Below, in pieces: positions 1 to 11,694 of a stretch of 64,000 nt of DNA (position 1 is its first letter; each line of letters begins with the position of its first letter). Below the pieces are notes generated by a model that did not search any database, had not been told where the DNA came from, and was given only the letters and a program-made list of their open reading frames with translations. Made by a program: the position numbers and the translations under genes. The stretch comes from Octopus bimaculoides (taxonomy: Eukaryota), in assembly GCF_001194135.2 (NCBI RefSeq), contig NC_068981.1, positions 167,028,981 through 167,092,980 on the forward strand. Direction: 5' to 3'.

Positions 1-184
1 AAAGGACTTCACAATCCCTAACTTTCTCTTATTTATGGACTGGGTACATTTTTCATGGTGTCAGCATTACAGAGGTTGTCTTATTCAAAAGGAAGCACAA
101 TAGTGGTGGGTGGCTTAATGTGATTGCACCAGCATAAGAGGAGTATGCTTTGTACTCAATAAATGTCAAGAGTAGCCAATAACC

Positions 185-400
185 TAAGACTTGCAAACAG
201 GAAGGAATAGAAAAGAGAGCAATAACAGCAGAAAGGACAGAAATGAGTGGGTGAAAGGAGCAAGAATACAGATGGAAAAAGCAGGGTTATTGGGAGTGAA
301 GTCTGCTTGGGAGTGGTTGGCAAAAGCAGAGATGGACAAAGACATGAGTAGTTGATGGGATAAAGTAAGAGTTAGTGATGTGTGGCTAACTATCCAAATT
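185..400 (-). mobile_element. Decayed LINE (CR1/Jockey-like) 3' fragment
   Basis: Translation SAFANHSQADFTPNNPAFSICILAPFTHSF resembles post-RT C-termini of LINEs; recalled similarity only. Confidence 0.4.
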
Positions 401-452
401 AGAGCTACTTTTGCACAAATATTTAAAGAAACTTGTACACTTCCATTTAAAC

Positions 453-819
453 CAGAAGTTCTCAAACTAGGGTGCACAAATCCCTAGAGGTACACAAAAG
501 AAATTACATAGGTATATGAGATTTGTTAAAACCCTGAAATTTTCAAGTAATCACCTACAACTATTTTTCACTGTTGCAACCTCAGGTTTAGTAAATAGTA
601 TCATGAAGAATACATTGACAAATATGTTGTTTGAAGGTCTTGACTTCCAGATATAATTAATAGCAAATAATACATTGTTTTATAGTATCTGTAAAATCAT
701 AGTACTATTGTTGGTTTTATAGCATCCAGCTTTTTAACCTAATATTCTTCACAAGGGGTACTCCATTACTGCCAGATGTGATGAATGGGTTCACTGGGAG
801 AAAAGTTTAAGAAACTCTG
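453..819. mobile_element. hAT-type MITE
   Basis: Imperfect 16-bp TIRs (cagaagttctcaaact / agtttaagaaactctg) and an 8-bp TSD atttaaac / atttaaat (7 of 8 match). Confidence 0.8.
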
Positions 820-1643
820 ATTTAAATGAAACCTCTTGACATTTTAAATTATTTTTCTAAACTTTTTATTGTAAAAAAATAATTTAAAATAACACTATAA
901 TCCATTATATAACTGTACAATTTTTCTCTCATCTATCTTGCCTGAAATATTAGCCTAAGAGATAAAAGATGATAATCTGGAAATTTTCAGAGTTTGGTTT
1001 TTTCTTAATAAAATTGTACACAACTTTGTAAAACATATTTTACTCCTAAAGTTGCTGTTAGTAACTGATATTGCAATGTTTGAATTAAATAACCTATATA
1101 AATACTACACTTTAATATGCCAAATTTATAAAAGGCATGTTTGGCTCTTTTTTTTTTATCCTAAGTATCCAAGAATGTCTGTTTCCCATGCTGGCATGGT
1201 CAGGACAGTTTAACAGCATCTGATGAATCTGGGAGTGGTGTGGAATTCCTGTGTCTGCTCTGTCATACTTTTCTATGGCTGAATGCTGTTCCTAATGCCA
1301 ACCACTTTACAGTATACTGAATACTTTTTTCATGGCACCAGCTTTAGTGAAGTTACTAAGTAACTATTCTTCAAGTCATTTTAACCACTTTAGTCTTACT
1401 ACAGTGCAGAACTAAAGGATGATTATGTTGGCAGGGAATGTCAATGAACATCAGTTTTCAGCTCATCGTTTTTCATGTAAAGCAAGATATATAAACATTT
1501 ATACACATGACTGGCTTCCTTACAGTTTCTGTTTATCAGTTTCACTTGTAAAGCATCAGCTGGTCTGGGGCTGTGTGTATACATGTATTCATAGATATGT
1601 GAAACCATATGCACATGTAATAAATCAAGTTTTAGTTTCTTGT

Positions 1644-1803
1644 TTTAAAATTTCTCTGTATTTTGGAAGCCATTTTTCTTAGATAGGAATGCTTTTCATT
1701 TTTGAACTTTGGTAGTTTCTCATTTTAAAATTTCTCTGTATTTTCGAAGCCTTTTTTCTTAAATAGAATGCTTTTGATTTTTGAACTTGGATATATTTTC
1801 ATT
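1644..1803. repeat. ~80-bp tandem duplication
   Basis: tttaaaatttctctgtatttt(g/c)gaagcc...tttttgaactt occurs twice in tandem with scattered mismatches. Confidence 0.8.
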
Positions 1804-1970
1804 TAAATCTTTTGAATTGCTTCACTAAAATGTACCATTACAGTCAGTACTTTTTTTTTGCTTGGTATACAAATTATTTAAAAAATATCTTTTAATGTTG
1901 CATATATATTCCATCTCTTTGTTTTGAATTTAATGAGTACAATTTGATAATTGTTCTTATTGTTATTTAG

Positions 1971-2107
1971 TTCCTAGAAATTTCCGGCTACTTGAGGAAT
2001 ATGAAGAAGGCCAATCAGGTGTAGGTGAGGGAATAAGCTGGGGATTGGAATCAGATGATGATCTTTTATTTGTCCATTGGAACGGGACCATTGTAGGTCC
2101 AGCTAAG
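1971..2107 (+). CDS. UBE2V: Ubiquitin-conjugating enzyme E2 variant (UEV/MMS2 family), first visible coding exon
   Basis: Acceptor tgttatttAG|; reads (V)[45 protein letters not shown]; donor AAG|GTgagc; 137 nt, phase 1 to 0. Matches the UEV N-terminal motif [10 protein letters not shown]. Not in the ORF track. Confidence 0.95.
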
Positions 2108-2254
2108 GTGAGCTAATATGTTCATTTCTGTATTAATAATTGATTACTTGTTTTTAGAGTAATTTAAAATCTTTTTTCTAATATGTAATATTTTTATTTG
2201 GAAAAATTAATCAATGTGATTTCACATACACACACATTATTATTATTATTATAA

Positions 2255-2410
2255 AGGCAGCAAGCTGGCAGAATCGTTAGTGTGCCAGGCAAAATGCTTA
2301 GCGGCATTTCATGTCTTTTTGTTCTGAGTTCAAATTCCACTGGGGTCGATGTAATCAACTATCCCCCTCCCCCAAATTTCCGGCCTTGTACATATAGTAG
2401 AGAGGGTTGT
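2255..2410 (+). mobile_element. tRNA-derived SINE (family C: ggcagcaagctggcagaatcgttag...), internally deleted
   Basis: tRNA-like head with B-box-like gagttcaaattcc and (att)n tail. Longer copies at 38265-38470 (+), 52870-53050 (-), and one split at 57590-59120 (-). Confidence 0.75.
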
Positions 2411-5400
2411 TATTATTATTTCTTTCATTATTTTCTCTGGATAAATTACTGAAATCTTACCATTTAAAGTCAGAAAATGTGTTATTGTTTTTAGATAAAT
2501 GAAAATTATTAAGAAATCTGTCTTTGTATTCTTTAGAAAGTCTAATATAACTCCACAATGAAAACCTCTGTGGTTAATTCATTCATAATCCTTCAAAATT
2601 TATGGTAAAATAGAAAAAAAAATACAGGAGCAATAACTTTTGCATATTTTTTAAAGTTTTCTCTCTCTAAATATGTGTCATCCTTCATGAGAGCTCTCTT
2701 TTGCATTGCAAGCTGCAAGATAAACCCACTAGTGATGGTGCCACAAATAGCACTCAGTATGCATATGTTATGTTTTTATGCATGTTTTTCCATGAATGTA
2801 TGGATTAGGTGAATATATTATTAAGGAATTGTTTTCCTGTTGCCAACCTTTATCTGTTTTCCATGTAAGAAATCTTATGTTTCACATTTTCGAAAGTACA
2901 AAGCAAGGTGATTTGATAGTGACAACACCACCACTTGTAGCTTGTGACTTGTATAGAATGCAAATGTAAACAACATGGATAGGGGAAACACACTCATTAT
3001 GTATATATGTATGGCAGACTTCCTTCACTTTCTGATTACCAAATTTATCAAAAGGCTTTGGTTGGTCCATCATTATAGTAGATGACACTTGCCCAAGGTG
3101 CTGTGCAGTAGGACTTGAAACAATGGTTGGAAAGTAAAGTTGTTAAGCACATAGCGATGCCTGACAAGGTTGGAGGAAGATATTTTAATAAACTATTGTA
3201 TGATTTGAAATTAAATTGTGCAGTGAGGAGGCTCTTTAGTTTTACTGACAGCAAGACAGTCTCTTTAGTTCTGGTGCCATGAAACAACACCCAGTACATT
3301 TTGTAAAGTGGTTGTTTTTTGGGACAAACATCCAGCCATAGAAACCACTTCAAACCTGAGACATAGAACAAGATGTGGTTTCCTCACCCATTGTATCCTA
3401 TCAAATTGTCCAACCCATGCTTGAATGGGAAGCTGACATAAAAATGATTATCTATACTAGTTTGGGCTGGATGTTTCACCATGTTTCGATCTCCTTTTGA
3501 GAGCTACTGCTACTGCTTCTATAGACTGTTGCTTGTCTGTCATTTCACTTGGTTTCTACAGCCGACCACTTTACAGACTGTATTGATTACTTCTTCATGG
3601 CACCAACACAAAGGAATTTGAATAAAGGGACTCAGTGCACTCTCTGCTCAAATTTTCCATCCACTACACAAGGTGTACTGGATGCATTTTTTGGTATCAG
3701 CACTACAGAAGTTGTCTTGCTCACCTGTCTCTTTGAGGCAGTGCAAGTTATCAGTTTTCTGTTATGACATTAGTGCATTATATGTACAGGTGCCTTCTAT
3801 ATAAGTAGAATTCTCAGAAGTAAACATGTGGATCAGGGAGGCAAAATGGGTGGGGAGTGATGTCAGCAATGAGGACTGACATGGAGAGTACTCAATAACA
3901 TGATTATATTACATTATAATAAAGCTCCATGTGTGTCCCATTGTTTTGATGTCATTTTCTATCATTAATAAAATTGTTGGTATTTTTGATTACACAGGTA
4001 TGCTAGTTGATATATAATGATGATTTAATGTATTATCTCAGACTGCTTCATCCTCTCTTTAACCTACTCCTCCCTTCTTGGATTACCACTTTCATGGATC
4101 TTCCTGTGCACTGTTTGATTTATGTCACACTAATCTACCTTGACTTCATGAACTTTACAATTTTTGCATTATATGTGTGTATGAGACACATCAGGACTCG
4201 GTTTCATATCTAGAGGTCTAGGATATTGAAATATCAAAAACACCAATGAATATTATCCTATGAAGTTTCTAGTAATTGCATTCTGCATTTGAAGATCTGA
4301 TAAGAAACGTAACTCATTACATATCGATTTTTTCATTGTTTGAAGTAAGTTATTTCCCTTAGGTTGATTAAAATATATTTAAAGTTAGACTTACAAAGTA
4401 TGACAAGGTTAAGGAAAGTGTTTCTGTAACTGCGATGTAGTAAAAAGTAAGAAATATAATGAACTACAAGATAAGTGAATTGCTGGTAAGGATTGACACT
4501 ATAAGACTTGGTAAAGTAAATGAAATAACAATATGTAGGTATAGTTGAAGAAAATTTGAACAAAGATATGTCAACTATACTTTTTCCTTCAGAAATATAG
4601 CAAAGAGAAATGCAAGCAAACTATCCTATTACATCTGTTGTTTGAATGGAATAGCATTCTACTCCATTCTTCGAGAGCTGCAGACAAAACAAATAGTACA
4701 AAAAGTTGTGTATTATGCATTGCTTAAAAGAGCCTCAGGATATGTGGATTTAAGATACTTGAATATCTGTCAGATCAGAGATCATCACCAAATGTTGCCA
4801 CTTTAGTAAATATTTTATCACAAGGCTTTGGTTGGCCCAGCATTATAGTAAAAGATACTTGCTCAAGGTTCTGTGCAGTAGGACTGAACTTGAAATATCT
4901 ACACTATCATATATACAATACTGAAAAGAATTGGAATTTTGCATATTGATGGAGGATAAGGGACTATGAAATTCTGTTTTCTGCTTATCAAATATTGTGA
5001 AGAAGTATTACTACATTTATAGTTATTGTTATCTGAGTTCCAGTATATGTACAGTAAGGCTTGTTTATGTAATTTTATATCCACAGCCGGTGAACAGTGC
5101 TTATTGGATCTCCAGTAGATCAGACACCAGCATTTATTGCAAAGCTACATGGAATTTCATAAAGCACTAGTTTTTCAGTTTTCTTACAGATATACACCTG
5201 CATAGTCTCTATCTACCAGATTCCACTAACAAGATATTGGTCAACTCAAGGCTATAGTATGTGCTGCACAGTGGAATCAAATTCAGAATCACTTCTTTTG
5301 AAGTAAATTTCTTGACCATAGTCATACATGCAAACATTGATTTTTGACTCTGATGAATTTAAGGATCATTATAGTTATATTGTAGTCTAGTTAATCTGAT

Positions 5401-5751
5401 TTAGTATCAAAGTCGACAGTTTATTGAAATCTCATTTAATGTTAAGTGGTTCATACATTATCTGTGCTACAAATCATTCATCTCTTCAGTGTGCAGTTTG
5501 ATTCCACTGGTTGGAAAGTGTTCTTGCAATAGACTATTATCCTGTCCAAGTGGAGATTTTTCTCTCCTTTGCTTTCTTCTCTTTTACCCATTCTGGTTTG
5601 GTTATATCTGAAGAAATTTGTTTTGCCCTGAGATACTCTATCGTCTTGTAATTATCTTGATAAGTAGGTGTTTCCACTGTTTACATCAGAAATCACAATG
5701 ACATTGGCATAATGAAAAATATTACCAGTTAGCTCACATTATACAATAATT

Positions 5752-5880
5752 GCAGCGTGGAAGGTATTTATAAGCTATTTAAAATACACAAAAACCGTTA
5801 CATTCATTTCAACATTTAAATTTAATTTGCCGAAATATTTTTGTGTGTTTTAAATGGCTTATAAACACCTTCCACGCTGC
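5752..5880. repeat. 43-bp inverted repeat with 43-nt loop
   Basis: 5752-5794 pairs with 5838-5880 with 3 mismatches (two are G-U compatible on the + strand RNA). Confidence 0.85.
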
Positions 5881-6687
5881 CATTGTTTTTTTTTTTCAGC
5901 ACACGAGCTCAGACCAGGTCACGTGCTATGCAAGTACATCACATACAGTAATAGAAGGAACAAGGGTGGCAACTCGGAACGTTTTTATTTATTAAGCTTC
6001 ATCAGCAGAAGTATTGTTGCCATTGCATCTGGTTTGCTCTCCAAAATGTTCATAAAAAAACAAACATTCTATATAGCAATGATATTAATTGGAAATTTCA
6101 TTATAAAAGGGGCACTGATCATATATTTAAGTAAACGGAAAAAGGTGTATTATCTGAACTGATTCTTTTTTTTTTCAACTTCCCCACACATTTCTCTCAA
6201 TAGATGGTTAGTAATAGTGTTGATGGTGGTTGCAATGAGAGTAGTTGGCTCTGAAACAATCTTGCAGTCCCATATATTTGACATTAATATATAAAATTGT
6301 TTGTATTGGTTTTATTTAGTTGAATGTTTACTTTTTTTGCCTTCTCCATATGCAGTGAAGATTATAGTAGCAATCACTACCGAGAGAGCTAATTAAGTAT
6401 GAGTGCATTAAAAATTTTGTTTCTTTTGTAATTTAAAAAAATTGTATGGAAAATAGTATGTGAATTAACTTTTATAGTTTTAATATTTTATATTTAATTA
6501 AAATAAAATGCTCAGTTGGATCTGGTTTAAAATATTTCAGTTTAGTGATTGAATACCAAAATACAAAGTGATCATTTCTAACTATACACATTGAAAAACA
6601 GTTCATTTCATAAAAATAATAATCTGTTGCCAAAGAGCTTAAAATACTTTTTCTAAATGTGTCATTTTCTAGACCTGGGCTAATGTA

Positions 6688-6911
6688 TTGGGTTGGTGCA
6701 TAATTATTGCGGCTTTTTTCAACAAATTTTATTCAACAAAAACAATAATATTTAACAAAAACATCTTTAAATGACGGTCTGACCGTCTGCCAAGCAAATG
6801 GGAAGCAGTAATTGAAGTAGATGGTGAATATGTTCTGGAATAATCATTTAAAGATGTTTTTGTTGAATAAAATTTGTTGAAAAAAGCTGCAATAATTATG
6901 CACCAACCCAA
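6688..6911. mobile_element. mariner-derived MITE
   Basis: TA|ttgggttggtgcataattattgc ... gcaataattatgcaccaacccaa|TA; arms extend ~68 bp; MADE/mariner-type TIR with TA TSD. Confidence 0.9.
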
Positions 6912-8469
6912 TATTTTCATCAAATTTGGATAATCTGTTTACCTTCTCCATGATTTAGGTGGCAGCTCCTTTGTAGTCTCTCTGTTGAGATGTTATTTAT
7001 ACCATAATGCTGTTCTGTTCTTTTGTAGTTTTAGAGTTTTTAGTATCTTAAGTACTGAATACATTTTTGTAAGGAATAAATGCTTAATAGCAAAGAAAAT
7101 TCTTAAAATAGTCATTTAGATTTTTAAAATATTGTTAATATTCATTGCAAGATATAATCTTATGGGAAATTAGAGACTCCTTTGGTAAGGCAAGCTTGAG
7201 GAAGAATCAGAATATCAGGTATTATTATATCAAGTCTTTTAAATAGTTGCATTTATTATATTACTCATCAATTACTAATTGGGCTCTGTTCATTAATTGT
7301 AGAGAATTGAGATTTTTAATGTCATGAGGACTTAATTGTCAAAAAAGATCACATTTTATTTTAAAATCCTTGTGTGTTAAGTGATTTTGCTCATTTTCTA
7401 CAACTACAGGTTTAATTTGTCAACACTTTGTATTTCTTCAATTTGTTGATTTTGTAAACTGCTGTAGTCAATCCATCTGCCTTTTATGCTGCCTTCATGT
7501 CTTGTCATGCTCTTATTACTAAAAATAACTTTCTGTAATGTTTTGTTGTTGCATGTTTTCTAGGTCTTGCACTGTGCCAAGATATAATTTATAAAAAAGG
7601 TGGGGGTGGGAAGCATAAGATATAATATATTAGTGAAAATGTAATTGAAAATAAAATGTTGGCAGATATTTTGCATCTCTTATTCTGTGACTGTTGAGAT
7701 GTTTCGTTTTGAATTAACACTTTAAATCTAAATAACATTATCCTACTACAACCACATCACAAGGAACCACCATAGGGTAAAACATATATTATGTGCTGCA
7801 ATATAGAAGTTTATGGGGATGGGGAAGTGAAATGGTCAAAGTATTGGATAAATATCTCAGGCGTTGAGCATCATCTTCAGGTTAATTTGTCTCACCTTTT
7901 AATGTTGAAATTCAGTTATAAACACTATTTTAATAAATGACTGATCTGTAAAATTACATATTCTTTTAGTGGTTTCAGTCAATAGACTGTAACCATACTG
8001 GGGTACAACCTTCAAGGGTTTTAACTAATCATATCAATCTCATATTTGTATCAATTTGTATTTACTGAATCACTGAGTTGTGCATTACCAGCAAACAGAT
8101 GCACTTCTTCACTGTAGTTTGTTTACTGAATTCCGCCTACAAGATATTGTTCAGTCTGAGACTATAGTAGAACACATATCCAAGGTTCCACACAATAGAA
8201 TTCCACTTGGAACCACATAGTTACAAGGTGAATCTTTTAACTATATGGCTATGTCAATGCACATATGCATATAGATGTTTTTAAGGAATATTTACTCCTC
8301 CATAGTCATGGACTTATTTACATTGTTTCTGACCATGGCTAATTAGCTTATTCAATTTGTAATATTTGATATAAAACTAAATTGTGATGTTTTTGTTTGC
8401 ATCATTCTTATTGATTGAAATTGATTGACATGGAGTGTGGTTTATATATATATATATTTTTTATTTCAG

Positions 8470-8595
8470 ACTCCCTATGAGGGTAGAATATATAATTTGA
8501 AGATAGAATGTAGTCCTAAATACCCAGAAGAACCTCCTAATATTAAATTTCTCACAAGAATTAAGATAAATGGTGTTAATGATACAAATGGAGTT
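8470..8595 (+). CDS. UBE2V: UBE2V internal coding exon
   Basis: Acceptor ttatttcAG|; [42 protein letters not shown]; donor GTT|GTaagt; 126 nt, phase 0-0. No HPN motif or catalytic Cys, as expected for a UEV. Confidence 0.95.
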
Positions 8596-9140
8596 GTAAG
8601 TTTAAATTCTTTTTCACTAATATTCTTTATGATGTTTTTTGATTGTGATATAATGACCAGTTAAGCATCGCTTATTATTTTGTAAAATGTTGTTTGTGTA
8701 CTATTAGGTCAGTTCTGATTGAGCAGGCTTAAGTAGTTGGCTGCACAACTAGATTGCAATCTACAGATCTAGAGCTTTGACTATTCCCTACCACTGCATG
8801 AGTTATGGCATGTATGAGGGTCTTGCTGCACGTTCTGACATACAGAGATTAATTGTAAGTGGTGCAGTATTGCAGTATGGACAGCTTGTGTCCAGTGTGT
8901 TTATCTATGTTTAGATTCTGGTGGCTACCACACTAGATAGCAGTAAGGTGAAGTCTGTCTGTCTGTGAAAGCTACTGGTCTTGATACTTAACACTGGTGC
9001 CTATCAGCAGAGTATATGGGGCTAATGAAGCTGTTGATGCTATTTCTTTTTTTTCTTTTTCCTGTCTCATACTATGTGAGCAAAAAATGTTTCTAAGAAT
9101 GGTGTTATAGATATCTTTGCTTGTTTGGGAGTGATTATGT

Positions 9141-9304
9141 TGTAGCAGGGGCAGTGAAGGTTGGGTCTCAGAGCTCACATAACCAAGTCTTCTATTTTTT
9201 TGTAGCAGGGGCAGTGAAGGTTGGGTCTCAGAGCTCACATAACCAAGTCTTCTNNNNNNNNNNAGGTTGGGTCTCAGAGCTCACATAACCAAGTCTTCTA
9301 TTTT
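9141..9304. repeat. 60-bp tandem repeat spanning a 10-N gap
   Basis: Unit tgtagcaggggcagtgaaggttgggtctcagagctcacataaccaagtcttctatttttt, in identical copies; copy number uncertain. Confidence 0.8.
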
Positions 9305-9660
9305 TAGTATTTTTGTTTTGTTGTGGAGCTTGAGATATAGTGTGTGGTGTTTTGTTTTTCGCATTATATTTGATATGGAAAAATTGGGGGGGGGGGGGTT
9401 AAGTAGAGCAGGCACTTTCTACAGTTGAATGAATGTATTGTTTGTTGTTAAAAATTGTTTCTATTGACCTATGATGTCATGTGAGTTCTCTGTGCACTAT
9501 TTTGCTTTCTTCACTTAATGATGTAATGGTATTGTATGTAATCTTGAGTATTTTGTCTTTTGTGTATGTAGCATGTTTATGTTGCTGAGTATGATGTTTG
9601 TAATTAATATTTTCTGGTATTTGGTAAGAGAAATATTGTTTTTGGCAGGTGGTACTTTAA

Positions 9661-9862
9661 TCTTTTAGCATTTAAACTGGCTATATCTGGCCAAAATATT
9701 CTGTGTTATGTTCAAACTACCTGGTCTGGCCTCTTACACCTACCCTACAATAAACATTCACATCATCAAAATCTTGAAGATTATGAGATAATACATGATT
9801 AATTCAAAAGAATGTGAATAAATAAGCATTACATTTGACAGAGTAATCTGAATGCTAAAGGG
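9661..9862. mobile_element. piggyBac-like MITE
   Basis: TTAA|tcttttagcatt ... aatgctaaaggg(a)|TTAA; a related partial copy at ~51560-51748 ends aatgctaaagag|TTAA. Confidence 0.65.
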
Positions 9863-10129
9863 ATTAAGCTTGTTTAGAAACCAGATATCTATGTTGGTAT
9901 GCTTGGAAGAGTTGTGGGGCTGAGCTTGTGTACTTTTGGAAAGATGCGACAATGATATCATCTGCATATAAGACGGTGTATGTTTTGAGGTGTGGAGTGG
10001 TTGTGTAGGTATTGGTTCTAGATCTTTCGTTGTATACTTCATAGTTTGCTAGCCAGCATTTTATGTTGTTTCATTGTGTTGAGTAGTTTAGAATATCCAG
10101 TGTTAGTTCTTGAGAAATTGAACTGTAGC

Positions 10130-10447
10130 TATGTCGGGTCACTGCCTTGAAGGGTTTAGTCGAATAAATTGACACAGTACTTATTTTTTAAGTCTGTAAC
10201 TTATTCTATCAGTTCTTTTGCTAAACCATTAAGTTAGGAGGTAAACAAACCAAAACCAGTTGTCAAGCAGTGGTGGGGTACAAAAACAAAGACATGCACA
10301 CATGAATACACACACACGATGGGTTTTTCTGTTTGCCTCTAACAAATCCACTCACAAAGCTTTGGTCAATCTGGGGCTATAGTAGAAGACTCTTGCCAAA
10401 GGTGCTGTGCAGTGGAACTGAATCCAAGACCACATGGTTAGGAAGTA
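10130..10447 (-). mobile_element. tRNA/CORE-type SINE (family A)
   Basis: Reverse complement of ...accttgggcaagtgtcttctactatagcc...; same family as 50468-50888. Fragments also at ~3035, 4815, 5190, 7965, 28300 and 54270. Confidence 0.8.
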
Positions 10448-11547
10448 ATGGTAGCACTTCTGGCTATTGTTTTGATATTTTGTGTGCGTGTGTGTATTGT
10501 TGGGTTGTAGTTTCATTTCAAAATAGTTTTTGTTTCATGCAGAGCCATCATGTGTTTGATGTATAACTGTATGATTTTTTCATGTTCAACTGCTATGACT
10601 TTCTGTGATAAATCTTTAATCTCTAACCAGCACTCTAGCTGTGACCATACCATCTTTTCTGATATATTATGTCCAGGACTGAGTTATCTTGTAATTGCAG
10701 TCATTTTTAATACATTTGGGTGAAGTTTGAAGGAAATTCAGCTTCTCTTTCTCATAGGTCAAAGAACTACATTAGGGCTTCCTCATTGACTTGTATAAAA
10801 ATATTTTATGAAATGTAGGCAAGTTTTATCATTTAAGAACTAACTAATGTAAAAATTATTGCTTGTGATTGCATAAGATTTTACGCTAAATGCATTTGTT
10901 ACCCTTTAAGCTCTGGTCTCAAGATTCCTGATAGCAACTAAAATATTTTTGTGACTTCATATAAAGTGATTAACTGGTACAAGAAAAATGCTTGTTAGTG
11001 GCAATCCTGTGATTGTACTTTTCCTTGAAAAACTTATATTTATTTTGTTTTATATATTTGATTGTTATGGAAATCTTTTCATCTTTATCAGTCAAAAAAT
11101 GCAGCTAGGATGTGAAAGAACCTTTTAAAAACACTCAAAACTTTGTTAGTTCCACATTAAATTTATTTGATGAGGTGTCAAAATTTTTGTCACATAATTG
11201 TAGACTTGATCATTGACACAGTTTCATCATCTGTGTCAGTGACTAGTTCACAGTTGTACGATGAAAATTTTCATACCTCATTGAATATATTTTAATTTAA
11301 AAGGATTTTTAACTGCTTTGTGTGTTATTAAATGACTCCTTCACTACGTAATTGCTTAAGTTTCAACACAGTCTTAGATCAAGCCACTTGTTAGTCAGGT
11401 ATAACTCAAAAACAATATTTTACAATTACTAATAAATTTTTATTTAAATGTGGAAATTCCAAACTTTTAGTAGGTTACTGTTTTATTAAAAAATATTCCA
11501 CCAGTTCTTTTAATTTCGTTGTCTTCTCATTTGTCCTCATTTTGCAG

Positions 11548-11694
11548 GTTGATCGGAAAAAAGTGTGTGTTCTTAATTGCTGGCAGAAAAACTACACAAT
11601 CAAACATTTACTAACTGAAATAAGACAATTGATGTACATGAAGGAGAATCAGAAGTTATCACAGCCTCAAGATGGTTCTATGTTCCAGAATTAG
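11548..11694 (+). CDS. UBE2V: UBE2V terminal coding exon
   Basis: Acceptor ctcattttgcAG|; VDRKKVCVLNCWQKNYTIKHLLTEIRQLMYMKENQKLSQPQDGSMFQN then TAG; aligns with the UEV C-terminus (W-Q-x-x-Y-x-I-K...KENxKLxQP). Confidence 0.95.
   Translation, partial: VDRKKVCVLNCWQKNYTIKHLLTEIRQLMYMKENQKLSQPQDGSMFQN

Noticed and set aside
1-1970. UBE2V first coding exon
   Set aside because: No convincing ATG plus phase-1 donor found; it probably lies upstream of the window.
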